In this document: piece after piece, positions 36,650-49,343 of the stretch
How the letters are laid out: each line of letters starts with the position of its first letter
How positions within the stretch are numbered: position 1 is the first letter of the stretch
Source: Macrostomum lignano
Lineage: Eukaryota
Direction: 5' to 3'
Length of the DNA stretch: 64,000 nucleotides
Assembly: GCA_002269645.1 (NCBI GenBank)
Contig: NIVC01001485.1
Coordinates: forward strand, 186,001-250,000
The notes under the pieces: generated by a model
The model's input: only the letters and a program-made list of their open reading frames with translations
Told to the model about the DNA's origin: nothing
Databases searched by the model: none
Program-made: the position numbers and the translations under genes

Positions 36650-37420
36650 AGTAATGTCTGTGTAGATTTTGGTAATGTCACTGTGTAGATTTGGCCATTT
36701 GGGTAATGTCACTGTGTAGATTTGGGTAATGTCACTGTGTAAATTTGTGTAATGTCACTGTGTAGATTTGGGTAATGTCACTGGGTAGGTATCGGTAATG
36801 TCACTGTGTATATATGGGTAATGTCACTGTGTAGATTTGGGTAATGTCACTGGGTAGGTATGGGTAATGTCACTGTGTAAATATGGATAATGTCACTGTG
36901 TAGATTTGTGTAATGTCACTGTGTAGATTTGGGTAATGTCACTGTGTAAATTTCGGTAATGTCACTGTGTAGATATGGGTAATGTCACTGTAGATTTGGG
37001 TAATGTCACTATGTAGATTTGGGTAATGTCACTGTGTAGATATGGGTAATGTCACTGGGTAGGTATGGGTAATGTCACTGTGTAAATATGGGTAATGTCA
37101 CTGTGTAGATTTGGGTAATGTCACTGTGTAAATATGGGTAATGTCACTGTGTAGATTTGGTAATGTCACTGTGTAGGTATGGGTAATGTCACTGTGTAAA
37201 TATGGGTAATGTCACTGTGTAGATTTGGGTAATGTCACTGGGTAGGTATGGGTAATGTCACTGTGTAAATATGGATAATGTCACTGTGTAGATTTGTGTA
37301 ATGTCACTGTGTAGATTTGGGTAATGTCACTGTGTAAATTTCGGTAATGTCACTGTGTAGATTTGGGTAATGTCACTGTGTAGATTTGGGTAATGTCACT
37401 GTAGAATTTGGTAATGCATC
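36650..37420. repeat. Minisatellite, about 23-bp unit GGGTAATGTCACTGTGTAGATTT, just after the GID8 stop
   Basis: Tandem repetition. Confidence 0.93.
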
Positions 37421-37779
37421 TGTAGATTTCTGAATTGCAGATTGCGTGTGTAAATATGAATTTATAAATACTGACAGATTCTTCAGCCCTGACGTTGACT
37501 TAAACCGTATAGACGGTCTTTACATAAAAGAATACAAATCATGAAATCTGTAAAAATTATGACCTTCATTGAGGAAGAGCTGAATCGGCCATTTTATTTT
37601 TACCTCGAAAGTTTATCCCTAAATGGGAATTGTGTGCGATAAACTAATCACAGATGAAACTTTTCTTGTATTTTCACTGAGCAGCGCATAACTGCTTATT
37701 AATTTGGAGTTTGGGCTTTGTGTTAATCTTTTTCGTATTATTGTATAATCTCGGCCTGTCTCTATAAAGAATCGTAGAA

Positions 37780-38365
37780 ACCTCCAGCTCACCATGAAGA
37801 ATAGTAGAGTTCTTGGAGAAACATAGACCGCCCCAAAGAATATAGAAAAGCACTAAGTCACCCCAAATAATCGTAAAAGGCCCCATAAAGAATCGTAGGG
37901 AGCCCCATTTCATCTTGAAGAATCGTAGGAAGCCTCATTTCATCCTAAAGAATCGTAGAGAGCCCCATTTCACCCAGAATAATCGTAGAGAGCCCCATTT
38001 CATCCTGAAGAATCGTAGGAAGCCTCATTTCATCCTAAAGAATCGTAGAGAGCCCCATTTCACCCAGAATAATCGAAGGGAGCCCCATTTCATCCTGAAG
38101 AATCGTAGGAAGCCTCATTTCATCCTGAAGAATTTTAGGGAGCCCCATTTCACCCAGAAGAATATTAGGGAGCCCCATTTCACCCCGAAAAATCGTAGGG
38201 AGCCCCATTTCACCCCTAAAAATCATAGGGAGCCCCATTTCATCCTGAAGAATCGTAGAAAGCCCCATTTCACCCCGAAGAATCATAGGGGCCTCATTTC
38301 ATCCTGAAAAATCGTAGGGAGCCCCATTTCACCCCGAAAATCGTAGGGAGCCCTGTTTCACCCCG
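37780..38365. repeat. 30-bp AAGAATCGTAGGGAGCCCCATTTCA(T/C)CC array
   Basis: Tandem repetition; same family as in GID8 intron 2. Confidence 0.9.
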
Positions 38366-39184
38366 GAGAAGAGTTTGGGACTTGTATTTATTATTTATTG
38401 TATTTTTGTATAGTCTCGGCAAAATTTAGTAATAATAATGGACTTAATTGTGTTTTAAGGTTTCTGCTTGTTGTTTGCAATTGTACCGTCAATTATGCTA
38501 GGCCATATCAGTTGCAACAGTTTAATCACAATATACTAAATATTAACCTAAAAATTATTTTTGTTTTCAACCTACTTGAAATCGCTTTGTATTATTATGC
38601 AAGATAAGACTTCACTAAACCACTGTTTTTGTTTTGTCAAATACAGTTCTACCAGCTAACCAACCTTTCTTATGTTTCTTGACACCTCACTCTTGTGCAA
38701 CCCCCTCACTTCCCTGTGCCCCCATTGAGAGTTCTATAACAAGTATTTTGAAAGATTTTGTCTCCAAAATATTGATTATTTGCAATTGAACCATTTTACT
38801 TTGTGAGTGCTACTATATAATATTTCTCTGTGGGTACTCACACTATGTTCTGTTATCGCTTTGAGATTTCTAACGCGCCAATATAGTCGTCAGCCTCCAA
38901 AGTTTACAGTCTAATAATTGATGTCATAAAATGTTCTTCTAAGAATAAGAGATTAGACCTGTTTTAACGTATTCAGATCTATCGCCCACTTATTTCAAAT
39001 TTTGACTACTCTTCTTATAATATTTTTTTGCGTTACTACTCACACCGATTTTGTTAAGTAGTGAATTTATATATTATCTGTACAGTTTTTCTGTGGAGTA
39101 TTTCCGATTTAAAAAAAGAGCTATGCTAAGAAGTTATTGCGTTCGTTATTTTAATACTGTTATTTTATTAGCTTTTTATGAGCC

Positions 39185-40060
39185 TGTTTCTGGGGTAATT
39201 AGCATCACGGTGGGCTATCTGGGGTAATTAGCATCACAGGTGGAGTATCTGGGGTAATTAGCATCACAGGTGGGCTATCTGGGGTAATTAGCATCACAGG
39301 TGGGCTATCTGGGGTAATTAGCATCACAGGTGGGCTATCTGGGGTAATTAGCATCACAGGTGGGCTATCTGGGGTAATTAGCATCACAGGTGGGCTATCT
39401 GGGGTAATTAGCATCACAGGTGGGCTATCTGGGGTAATTAGCATCACAGGTGGGCTATCTGGGGTAATTAGCATCACAGGTGGGCTATCTGGGGTAATTA
39501 GCATCACAGGTGGGCTATCTGGGGTAATTAGCATCACAGTTGGGCTATCTGGGGTAATTAGCATCACAGGTGGGCTATCTGGGGTAATTAGCATCACAGG
39601 TGGGCTATCTGGGGTAATTAGCATCACAGGTGGGCTATCTGGGGTAATTACCATCACAGGTGGGCTATCTGGGGTAATTAGCATCACAGGTGGGCTATCT
39701 GGGGTAATTAGCATCACAGGTGGGCTATCTGGGGTAATTAGCATCACAGGTGGGCTATCTGGGGTAATTAGCATCACAGGTGGGCTATCTGGGGTGATTA
39801 GCATTACAGGTGGACTATCTGGGGTAATTAGCATCACAGGTGGGATATCTGGGGTAATTAGCATCACAGGTGGGCTATCTGGGGTAATTAGCATCACAGG
39901 TGGGCTATCTGGGGTAATTAGCATCACAGGTGGGCTATCTGGGGTAATTAGCATCACAGGTGGGCTATCTGGGGTAATTAGCATCACAGGTGGGCTATCT
40001 GGGGTAATTAGCATCACAGGTGGGCTATCTGGGGTAATTAGCATCACAGCTGGGGATATC
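39185..40060. repeat. Minisatellite, 30-bp unit GGTGGGCTATCTGGGGTAATTAGCATCACA
   Basis: Highly homogeneous tandem repetition. Confidence 0.97.
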
Positions 40061-40291
40061 TAGGGTTATAAACATTCCAGATAAGGATCTCTGTTGCTAT
40101 TTGGTTGCCAAGGTAGGAATTTTTTAGGGCTTAAAACCAATTATCACAGCCTATTAAATGTGAAAAAATTTCAGAGCCCAACACCTGCCCCTGTCCTAAC
40201 TGTACCAATGCCTAAGGGGCTAGCCTTAGGCTAGCACTAGTCGCATCCCAGAGGATTAAGAGAACAATTGTTAATAAAGAAAAGAATCAGA

Positions 40292-43200
40292 ATGTCAGCT
40301 GTAATAGCTGACGAGCTGGCCGAATCCGCAGCTTCATCAGCTTGGGAGCTGAGCCACTGCGATGGTTTCAGTCTTGTCCGATTGCTGCATCAACGTCAGC
40401 TGGGATTTAACAATCGGATTAACTGTGACAGAATTCTCAAACGCTTATCCGAGTCCAGATCTATTAGTAGTCGGCATTGCCAGCAGGTTCAACTGGCCGA
40501 GCCAGCTTCTAAGCGGGTTGTCAGTTTAGCTCTGTCAGCCAATCAGCAATGGCTAGCAGCTGCTCACACTGATCATTGTATTCGAGTCTATTCGCTGAGC
40601 TCAACGAATTCGCCAACTGATAATGACAGAAATATTGTCCAGCTACTATTCGGTCATCAGAGATTAGTGTGGACACTGCAGTGGCATCCGCGTCTGCCGC
40701 ACATCCTGGCTAGCGGCTGTCTTGGCGGCGACATTCGCGTCTGGCCGGTGCAGCAGCAGCAGCCGGCGTCGGGGAGGCCGCGTCTTGAATGCGACAACTC
40801 TGTTGACAGCGGTGCCGCTATTTTAAAGGTGCGTCTCGCTTTTAGGGGGCCGGTGCTCTTTGTGTACTTCAGATGGGTTTGAACTGCTGTGTCTCTCACT
40901 CGCCTCCCTACACCCTCCCCTCTGTCTACCCTACCACTGTCTACCTTCCCCTCTACCCTCTTATGTGTCTACCCCTCTGTTACCCTCCACTCTATATCTA
41001 CCCTCCTCTCTATCAACCCTCCCCTCTCTATCTACCCTCCTCTATCAACCCTCCACTCTATATCTACCCTCCTCTCTATCAACCCTCCCCTCTCTATCTA
41101 CCCTCCTCTATCAACCCTCCACTCTTTATCTACCCTCCTCTCTATCAACCCTCCCCTCTCTATCTACCCTCCTCTCTATCAACCCTCCCCTCTCTATCTA
41201 CCCTCCTCTCTATCAACCCTCCACTCTTTATCTACTCTCCCTTTGTCTATCCTCCCCTCTCTATCTACCACCCCTCTGTCTACCCTCCACTCTCTATCTA
41301 CCCTCCTCTCTATCAACCCTCCCCTCTCTATCTACCCTCCTCTCTATCAACCCTCCACTCTTTATCTACCCTCCCTCTGTCTACCCTCCCCTCTCTATTT
41401 ACCCTCCCTCTGTCTACCCTCCCCTCTCTATCTACCACCCCTCTGTCTACCCTCCCCTCTCTATCTACCCTCCTCTCTATCAACACTCCCCTCTCTATCT
41501 ACTCTCCCTTTGTCTATCCTCCCCTCTCTATCTACCACCCCTCTGTCTACCCTCCACTCTCTATCTACCCTCCTCTCTATCTACCCTCCCCTCTATCTAC
41601 CCTCCTCTCTATCTACCCTCCACTCTTTATCTACCCTCCCTCTGTCTACCCTCCCCTCTCTATTTACCCTCCCCCTGTCTACCCTCCCCTCTCTATCTAC
41701 CACCCCTCTGTCTGCCCTCCCCTCCCTACCCTCCTCTCTATCAACCCTCCTCTCTCTATCTACCCTCCCCTCTCTATCTACCCTCCCTCTGTCTACTCTC
41801 CACTCTCTATCTACCACCCCTCTGTCTACCCTCCCCTCTCTATCTACCCTCCTCTCTATCAACCCTCCCCTCTCTATCTACCCTCCTCTCTATCAAACAT
41901 CCACTCTCTATCTACCCTCCCTCTGTCTACCCTCCCCTCTCTATCTACCACCCCTCTATCTACCCTCCCCTCTCTATCTACCCTCCCTCTGCCTACCCTC
42001 CCCTTTTCTGTCTACCTTACCTTCGACTTACTCTCACCTTACCATCCCTCTCTACCCTCCCCAATGTACAGTGTATGTACACTGCTATACCCCTGTTGTA
42101 CCTGCATGTACCTGCCAACGTGCCCGTATGCGTTTCCTCTCTTCTTTTTATCTATTTTTAGCACAAAACTGACTAATAAATTCCAGCTCAGCGAGGTCAC
42201 CATGATCTCCAGTCTGGCCTTCCATCCTGGCCCCGGCGCCGAGGACCGCAGCCTCATGGCCTACGCAACCAGTACTAAGGTGGCATTCGTCAACTGGCTC
42301 ACCGGTGCGCCCCTGTTCACCTGGCGATTCCTGGCCTCCTATAGTCGAGTTCGTTGGCTAAAATTTGACGCATCAGACGGCGGCGGACGCCTATTTGTAG
42401 CGTCAACTAATTCGCCAGACGATGTGCCAATACCGCTGGTTTCCATGCCAACCGAGTCCACTGCTGCAACAGCCGCCGCTGCAGCAGCCGCCGAAAGTCG
42501 CTCCCGTCTTGTCTACGAAGCCGTCATCGCCGAAGTGTCCAGACTTTATCCGCCAGCCTCGTCCGGTGTCTCGTCTTCGACGTCGTGTCATCAGCGACAG
42601 ATTGAACCGGACATTGTTGACCTTGAATGTCACGGACAGATTCAACAACAAAGCGGCGCTACAAGTCGACGGATTCATAATTTCGCCTCACCCGACTTGA
42701 TAACTAACGTTAATAGTAATAATAATGATGTTGCCGAGGAAAATTCTTATCGTGCTACTACTGCTATTAGTAGCAGCAGCGGCGCTATTGACACTAATCG
42801 AGTCCGGTCAAGCATAGCCGAGGTCACCTGTCACGTGTTGGAACGGGCGCACCGGTTGCGTTACTATGGCGAAGCCGATTTAGCGTCTAGCGGCGGCGAA
42901 TATGACGCTTCACTGATGCGTCTGGCTAATGCACTGGCTCCGCAGCCTCGGGTTGACCCGGCCTCCATGCGGGCCACCCTCACCGACACCGGCCTGCTGG
43001 CTATTAGACGATTTGCTAGAGCTGCCGCTATGTCCGCTACTAATAGTAGTAGTAACAGTACTAGCACCGCATCTACCTCTGCCGCCGCCGCCGCCGCCGC
43101 TGCTGGCACTTCGTCGACAACATCAACTAGTAGGCGTCTTCTAACTCAGCTGTCTTCGGCTGGCTCTTTGTCTTCTGCTTCCGCAATAGGAGCGGCTACT

Positions 43201-45570
43201 TCAGATTCTTCTAGTCAAAGAAATTTTGCTAATCCGGCTCTCGTAGTTCCGGCCGGATCGGCGGCTGGCTCAGGCGCCGCCGGGGTCGGAGTTAATGCCG
43301 GATTTCGCGAGGACACGCCGTTTATGCGAGTCCGTCAGCGGCCGGTGGATCACGCGGATTATGGAGTTGGGCCCTTCGAGTTTGCCGAGGCAGCCGCCTC
43401 TGCTGGGGTTGATCCGATATTGAGGGCCGCCATTGACAGGTGAGCTAAACAGTAGTCTGTGTTGCTACCTGATGTCTGTCAGTAGTCTGTGTTGCTACCT
43501 GATGTCTGTCAGTAGTGTGTGGCTACCTGATGTCTGTCAGTAGTGTGTGTGGCTACCTGATGTCTGTCAGTAGTCTGTGTTGCTACCTGATGTCTGTCAG
43601 TAGTGTGTGTTGCTACCTGATGTCTGTCAGTAGTCTGTGTTGCTACCTGATGTCTGTCAGTAGTCTGTGTTGCTACCTGATGTCTGTCAGTAGTGTGTGT
43701 TGCTACCTGATGTCTGTCAGTAGTGTGTGTTGCTACCTGATGTCTGTCAGTAGTGTGTGTGGCTACCTGATGTCTGTCAGTAGTCTGTGTTGCTACCTGA
43801 TGTCTGTCAGTAGTGTGTGTTGCTACCTTATGTCTGTCAGTAGTCTGTGTTGCTACCTGATGTCTGTCAGTAGTGTGTGTTGCTACCTGATGTCTGTCAG
43901 TGTGTGGCTACCTGATGTCTGTCAGTGTGTTGCTACCTGATGTCTGTCAGTGTGTGGCTACCTGATGTCTGTCAGTAGTCTGTGTTGCTACCTGATGTCT
44001 GTCAGTAGTGTGTGTTGCTACCTGATGTCTGTCAGTAGTCTGTGTTGCTACCTGATGTCTGTCAGTAGTGTGTGTTGCTACCTGATGTCTGTCAGTAGTG
44101 TGTGTTGCTACCTGATGTCTGTCAGTAGTCTGTGTTACTACCTGATGTCTGTCAGTAGTCTGTGTTGCTACCTGATGTCTGTCAGTAGTGTGTGTTGCTA
44201 CCTGATGTCTGTCAGTAGTGTGTGTTGCTACCTGATGTCTGTCAGTAGTGTGTGTTGCTACCTGATGTCTGTCAGTAGTGTGTGTTGCTACCTGATGTCT
44301 GTCAGTAGTGTGTGTTGCTACCTGATGTCTGTCAGTAGTGTGTGTTGCTACCTGATGTCTGTCAGTAGTCTGTGTTGCTACCTGATGTCTGTCAGTAGTG
44401 TGTGTTGCTACCTGATGTCTGTCAGTAGTGTGTGTTGCTACCTGATGTCTGTCAGTAGTCTGTGTTACTACCTGATGTCTGTCAGTAGTGTGTGTTGCTA
44501 CCTGATGTCTGTCAGTAGTCTGTGTTACTACCTGATGTCTGTCAGTAGTCTGTGTTGCTACCTGATGTCTGTCAGTAGTGTGTGTTGCTACCTGATGTCT
44601 GTCAGTAGTGTGTGTTGCTACCTGATGTCTGTCAGTAGTGTGTGTTGCTACCTGATGTCTGTCAGTAGTGTGTGTTGCTACCTGATGTCTGTCAGTAGTG
44701 TGTGTTGCTACCTGATGTCTGTCAGTAGTGTGTGTTGCTACCTGATGTCTGTCAGTAGTCTGTGTTGCTACCTGATGTCTGTCAGTAGTGTGTGTTGCTA
44801 CCTGATGTCTGTCAGTAGTGTGTGTTGCTACCTGATGTCTGTCAGTAGTCTGTGTTACTACCTGATGTCTGTCAGTAGTCTGTGTTGCTACCTGATGTCT
44901 GTCAGTAGTGTGTGTTGCTACCTGATGTCTGTCAGTAGTGTGTGTTGCTACCTGATGTCTGTCAGTAGTGTGTGTTGCTACCTGATGTCTGTCAGTAGTG
45001 TGTGTTGCTACCTGATGTCTGTCAGTAGTGTGTGTTGCTACCTGATGTCTGTCAGTAGTGTGTGTTGCTACCTGATGTCTGTCAGTAGTCTGTGTTGCCA
45101 CCTGATGTCTGTCAGTAGTGTGTGTCTTGCTACCTGATGTCTGTCAGTAGTGTGTGTTGCCACCTGATGTCTGTCAGTAGTGTGTGTCTTGCTACCTGAT
45201 GTCTGTCAGTAGTGTGTGTTGCATCAGTAGTCTATGTTACAATCTGATACAATTTTGAAGTCAGGACTCTTGTTTTGGTACCTGTGTGCACAGCAATATT
45301 CTATTAATTAATCACTGCAGATCCCTGTGCCAGCTGATCCGCAACCAGGGCCCAGCCAGCTGGGACAGGGCCAACACCAGCAAGATTCGCGTCTGGCCGC
45401 TGCGGCGCCATGGCCCAGTCCAAACTCTGGTCCGGCACTGCTACGTGCTGAACGACGCATCCATTGACTTGTCTAGCGATGGCCGCCTGCTTGCTACCTT
45501 CATCTCCTCTGCCAGCTTCCCTGAGAAGTGAGATCTCCACTGACTGTGTCTGTATGTGTCTGTGTGTGTG

Positions 45571-45641
<71 letters not shown>

Positions 45642-46233
45642 GTGTCTTTCTGTCTGCCTGCCTGCCTGTCTGTCTGTCTGTCTGTCTGTCTTGTATGTCT
45701 GTCTGTCTCTCTGTCTCTCTGTCTCTCTGTCTGTCTGTCTGTCTGTCAGAGTGTGTCTGTCTGTCAGTCTGTCTACATTAATACACATTTTAGCTTTCAC
45801 CCAGTCTCCCAAATCCACCACCCACTTCATCAGATTCATAATCAGCGTATTCTCGGCCGCACCCGGACACTCATTCGGCCAGCTGTTGTACACCCGACTG
45901 CATGGCCAGTCGGCCAACACGCTATGCTTCAGTCCGCACTCGGCCAAGCTGCTCATGGTTGGCTACGGCCAGCGTCCTGTCTTCGCCGTGTCGCGTCGGC
46001 AAGCCGTTGGCTGCATCCTGAGTCTGTGCCGGCCTGGCCAAGGCGAGCGCAGCACCGAGGTGGTCTGTCCCGTCCGCGTGTCCACCCGGCCGCCGGCTGG
46101 CAACGATGCCGCCGCCGACGATCCAGCGATGCAGTCGGCCGTGACAGCCGCCGTGTGGCTGCCCGGCCAGCTGGTTGGCCTCGTGCTGGCCACGATAGGC
46201 GGGAAAATTTATTACTTGGGCCCGTGCAGCTGA
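40292..46233 (+). CDS. AMBRA1: AMBRA1-like WD40 protein (DCAF / autophagy regulator), about 798 aa, 4 exons
   Basis: Exons 40292-40828, 42187-43439, 45321-45527, 45834-46233, GT-AG with consistent phases. Motifs [13 protein letters not shown]...[47 protein letters not shown]...FSP...MVG, AVWLPG. Confidence 0.82.
40900..42060. repeat. Pyrimidine-rich (CTACCCTCCCCTCTCTAT-type) array filling AMBRA1 intron 1
   Basis: About 1.1 kb, nearly G-free on the plus strand. Confidence 0.93.
43450..45230. repeat. Minisatellite, 30-bp unit TGCTACCTGATGTCTGTCAGTAGT(G/C)TGTGT, filling AMBRA1 intron 2
   Basis: Starts about 10 nt after the donor. Confidence 0.97.
45545..45775. repeat. (TGTC)n microsatellite in AMBRA1 intron 3
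   Basis: Direct inspection. Confidence 0.95.
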
Positions 46234-46379
46234 GCTGACCCGTCTTTTAATGGGAGTGGGGGAATTAAGGAAAAGAGTACCGCTACTATTTTGTTTATTT
46301 TTTGACAGTATTTTTTAGTTGATCCAGCAATTGTTTTAGATCCTAAAAATATGCATTAATTTTCATCCTTAATCCCCAT

Positions 46380-47160
46380 TTGGAAGAATCGGTCTCAAAT
46401 CCTCAATTTGGAGGAATCGGTCTCAAATCCCCTATTTGGAAGAATCGGTCTCAAATCCCCTATTTGGAGGAATCGGTCTCAAATCTTTTTTTTGGAAGAA
46501 TCGGTCTCAAATGCCCAATTTGGGAAAATCGGTCTCAAATCCCCAATTTGGGAAAATCGGTCTCAAATCCCCTATTTGGAAGAATCGGTCTCAAATCCCT
46601 TATTTGGAAGAATCGATCTCAAATCCCCTATTTGGAAGAATCGGTCTCAAGTCCCCTATTTGGAAGAATCGGTCTCAAGTCCCCTATTTGGAAGAATCGG
46701 TCTCAAATCCCCTATTCGGAAGAATCTTTCTCAAATCCCCTATTTGGAAGAATCGGTCTCAAATCCCTTATTTGGAAGAATCGATCTCAAATCCCCTATT
46801 TGGAAGAATCGGTCTCAAATCCCCTATTTGGAAGAATCGGTCTCAAGTCCCCTATTTGGAAGAATCGGTCTCAAATCCCCTATTCGGAAGAATCTTTCTC
46901 AAATCCCCTATTTGGAAGAATCGGTCTCAAATCCCTTATTTGGAAGAATCGATCTCAAATCCCCTATTTGGAAGAATCGGTCTCAAATCCCCTATTTGGA
47001 AGAATCGGTCTCAAGTCCCCTATTTGGAAGAATCGGTCTCAAATCCCCTATTCGGAAGAATCGATCTCAAATCCCCTATTTGGAAGAATCTTTCTCAAAT
47101 CCCCTATTTGGAAGAATCGGTCTCAAATCCCCGTTTGGGAGAATCGGTCTCAAATCCTCA
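46380..47160. repeat. Minisatellite, 28-bp unit TGGAAGAATCGGTCTCAAATCCCCTATT, with a 168-bp (6-mer) higher-order repeat
   Basis: Variant TCGATC recurs at 46613, 46781 and 46949. Confidence 0.93.
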
Positions 47161-47649
47161 AATCTTCTTGCCCTTAAAAGTTCCCAGAATCTCCCTCATC
47201 CTCTCAAGAATTCGTGAGGAAATCTCATTTAGAAAAGTTATAATGTTAGAATCGTTACACCCGTGCTTAATTATTAGTTTTAAAGCTCATAAAATGCGCG
47301 ATCCGCTGCTCCCGGTTTTACTGTTTACAAAATCAAATCTGCACTTTAATATTTCGTATAGTTAAGTGCTTATGCCAAACCTTAAGTTTTCTTACCTTCT
47401 CTTACCAGTTATTTACTGGCCTGTTTGTACATATGTACATATGTAAATATTGCAGTATTTAAAAAACTAATACTAAACAAATGTGCAAATAAAAATTCCT
47501 GCTTAATTTGTTATTTTTTAAGTTGCAATATAAGTTACAATGGCATAGTAATCATATTTTATTTAAGTACTTTATCAGATCATCGTAATAAGGTATGCTA
47601 GTAATACTAAATAAAAAATCATAGCTTCGACCTCGAGACTAGAGATCCA

Positions 47650-49230
47650 TCATAGAGTCCTACATTAGAATCCGTCATAAAGTCAGAATCCGTCACAGAG
47701 TCATGTAATCCTTCATTAAGTCATAAAGTCTGTCTTAGAGTCATAGAATCAGTCATAGAGTCATAAAAACCGTCGTATAGCTATAGAATCCGTCATAGAA
47801 TCATAGAGACCGTCACAAAATCCGACAGAGTCACAAAATCCGACAGAGTCACAAAATCCGTCAGAGTCACAAAATCCGTCAGAGTCACAGAATCCGTCAG
47901 AGTCACAGAATCCGTCAGAGTCACAGAATCCGTCAGAGTCACAGAATCCGACAGAGTCACAAAATCCGTCAGAGTCACAGAATCCGTCAGAGTCACAAAA
48001 TCCGTCAGAGTCACAGAATCCGTCAGAGTCACAAAATCCGACAGAGTCACAAAATCCGTCAGAGTCACAAAATCCGTCAGAGTCACAGAATCCGTCAGAG
48101 TCACAAAATCCGTCAGAGTCACAAAATCCGACAGAGTCACAAAATCCGTCAGAGTCACAAAATCCGACAGAGTCACAGAATCCGTCAGAGTCACAAAATC
48201 CGACAGTCACAGAATCTGACAGAGTCACAGAATCCGTCAGAGTCGTAGAATCCGTCATAGTCATAGAATCCGTCATAGAGTCAGAATCCGTCATAGACTC
48301 AGAATCCGTCATAGAGTCAGAATCCGTCAGAGTCAAACCGTCATAGAGTCATAGTAACCGCCATAGAGCCATAGAAACCATCATAGAGTCATAGAAACCA
48401 TCATAGAGTCATAGAAACCATCATAGAGTCATAGAAACCATCATAGAGTCATAGAAACCATCATAGAGTCATATAACCCGTCATAGTCATAGAATCCGTC
48501 ATAGAGTCAGAATCCGTCATAGATTCAGAATCCGTCATAGAGTCAGAATCCGTCAGAGTCAAACCGTCATAGAGTCATAGTAACCGCCATAGAGCCATAG
48601 AAACCATCATAGAGCCATAGAAACCATCATAGAGTCATAGAAACCATCATAGAGTCACAGAAACCATCATAGAGTCATATAACCCGTCATAGTCATAGAA
48701 TCCGTCATAGAGTCAGAATCCGTCATAGAGTCAGAATCCGTCATAGAGTCAGAATCCGTCATAGAGTCATAGTAACCGCCATAGAGCCATAGAAACCATC
48801 ATAGAGTCATAGAAACCATCATAGAGTCATAGAAACCATCATAGAGTCATATAACCCGTCATAGTCATAGAATCCGTCATAGAGTCAGAATCCGTCATAG
48901 AGTCAGAATCCGTCATAGAGTCAGAATCCGTCAGAGTCAAACCGTCATAGAGTCATAGTAACCGTCATAGAGCCATAGAAACCATCATAGAGCCATAGAA
49001 ACCATCATAGAGCCATAGAAACCATCATAGAGCCATAGAAACCATCATAGAGTCATAGAAACCATCATAGAGTCATATAACCCGTCATAGTCATAGAATC
49101 CGTCATAGAGTCAGAATCCGTCATAGAGTCAGAATCCGTCAGAGTCAAACCGTCATAGAGTCATATAACCCGTCATAGTCATAGAATCCGTCATAGAGCC
49201 CGTCATAGTCAGAACCCATCATAAAGTCCT
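47650..49230. repeat. Compound 18-20-bp array (CACAGAATCCGTCAGAGT; CATAGAATCCGTCATAGAGT; CATAGAAACCATCATAGAGT)
   Basis: Tandem repetition, ending about 110 bp before the DDX10 ATG. Confidence 0.93.
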
Positions 49231-49343
49231 GCTCCCTTGTAGCAGTCAGTCTGTCAGAAAATAACTGAATATTTTATTTAAAAATTCTAGCCAAAGCAAT
49301 CTCTGTCCTATGCTGTAATTCCCTTCAAATCCCTAGCGTCGTC

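Noticed and set aside
45794-45805. Upstream AGs as the AMBRA1 exon 4 acceptor
   Set aside because: Wrong phase for the exon 3 donor. The AG at 45832-45833 restores frame and homology.
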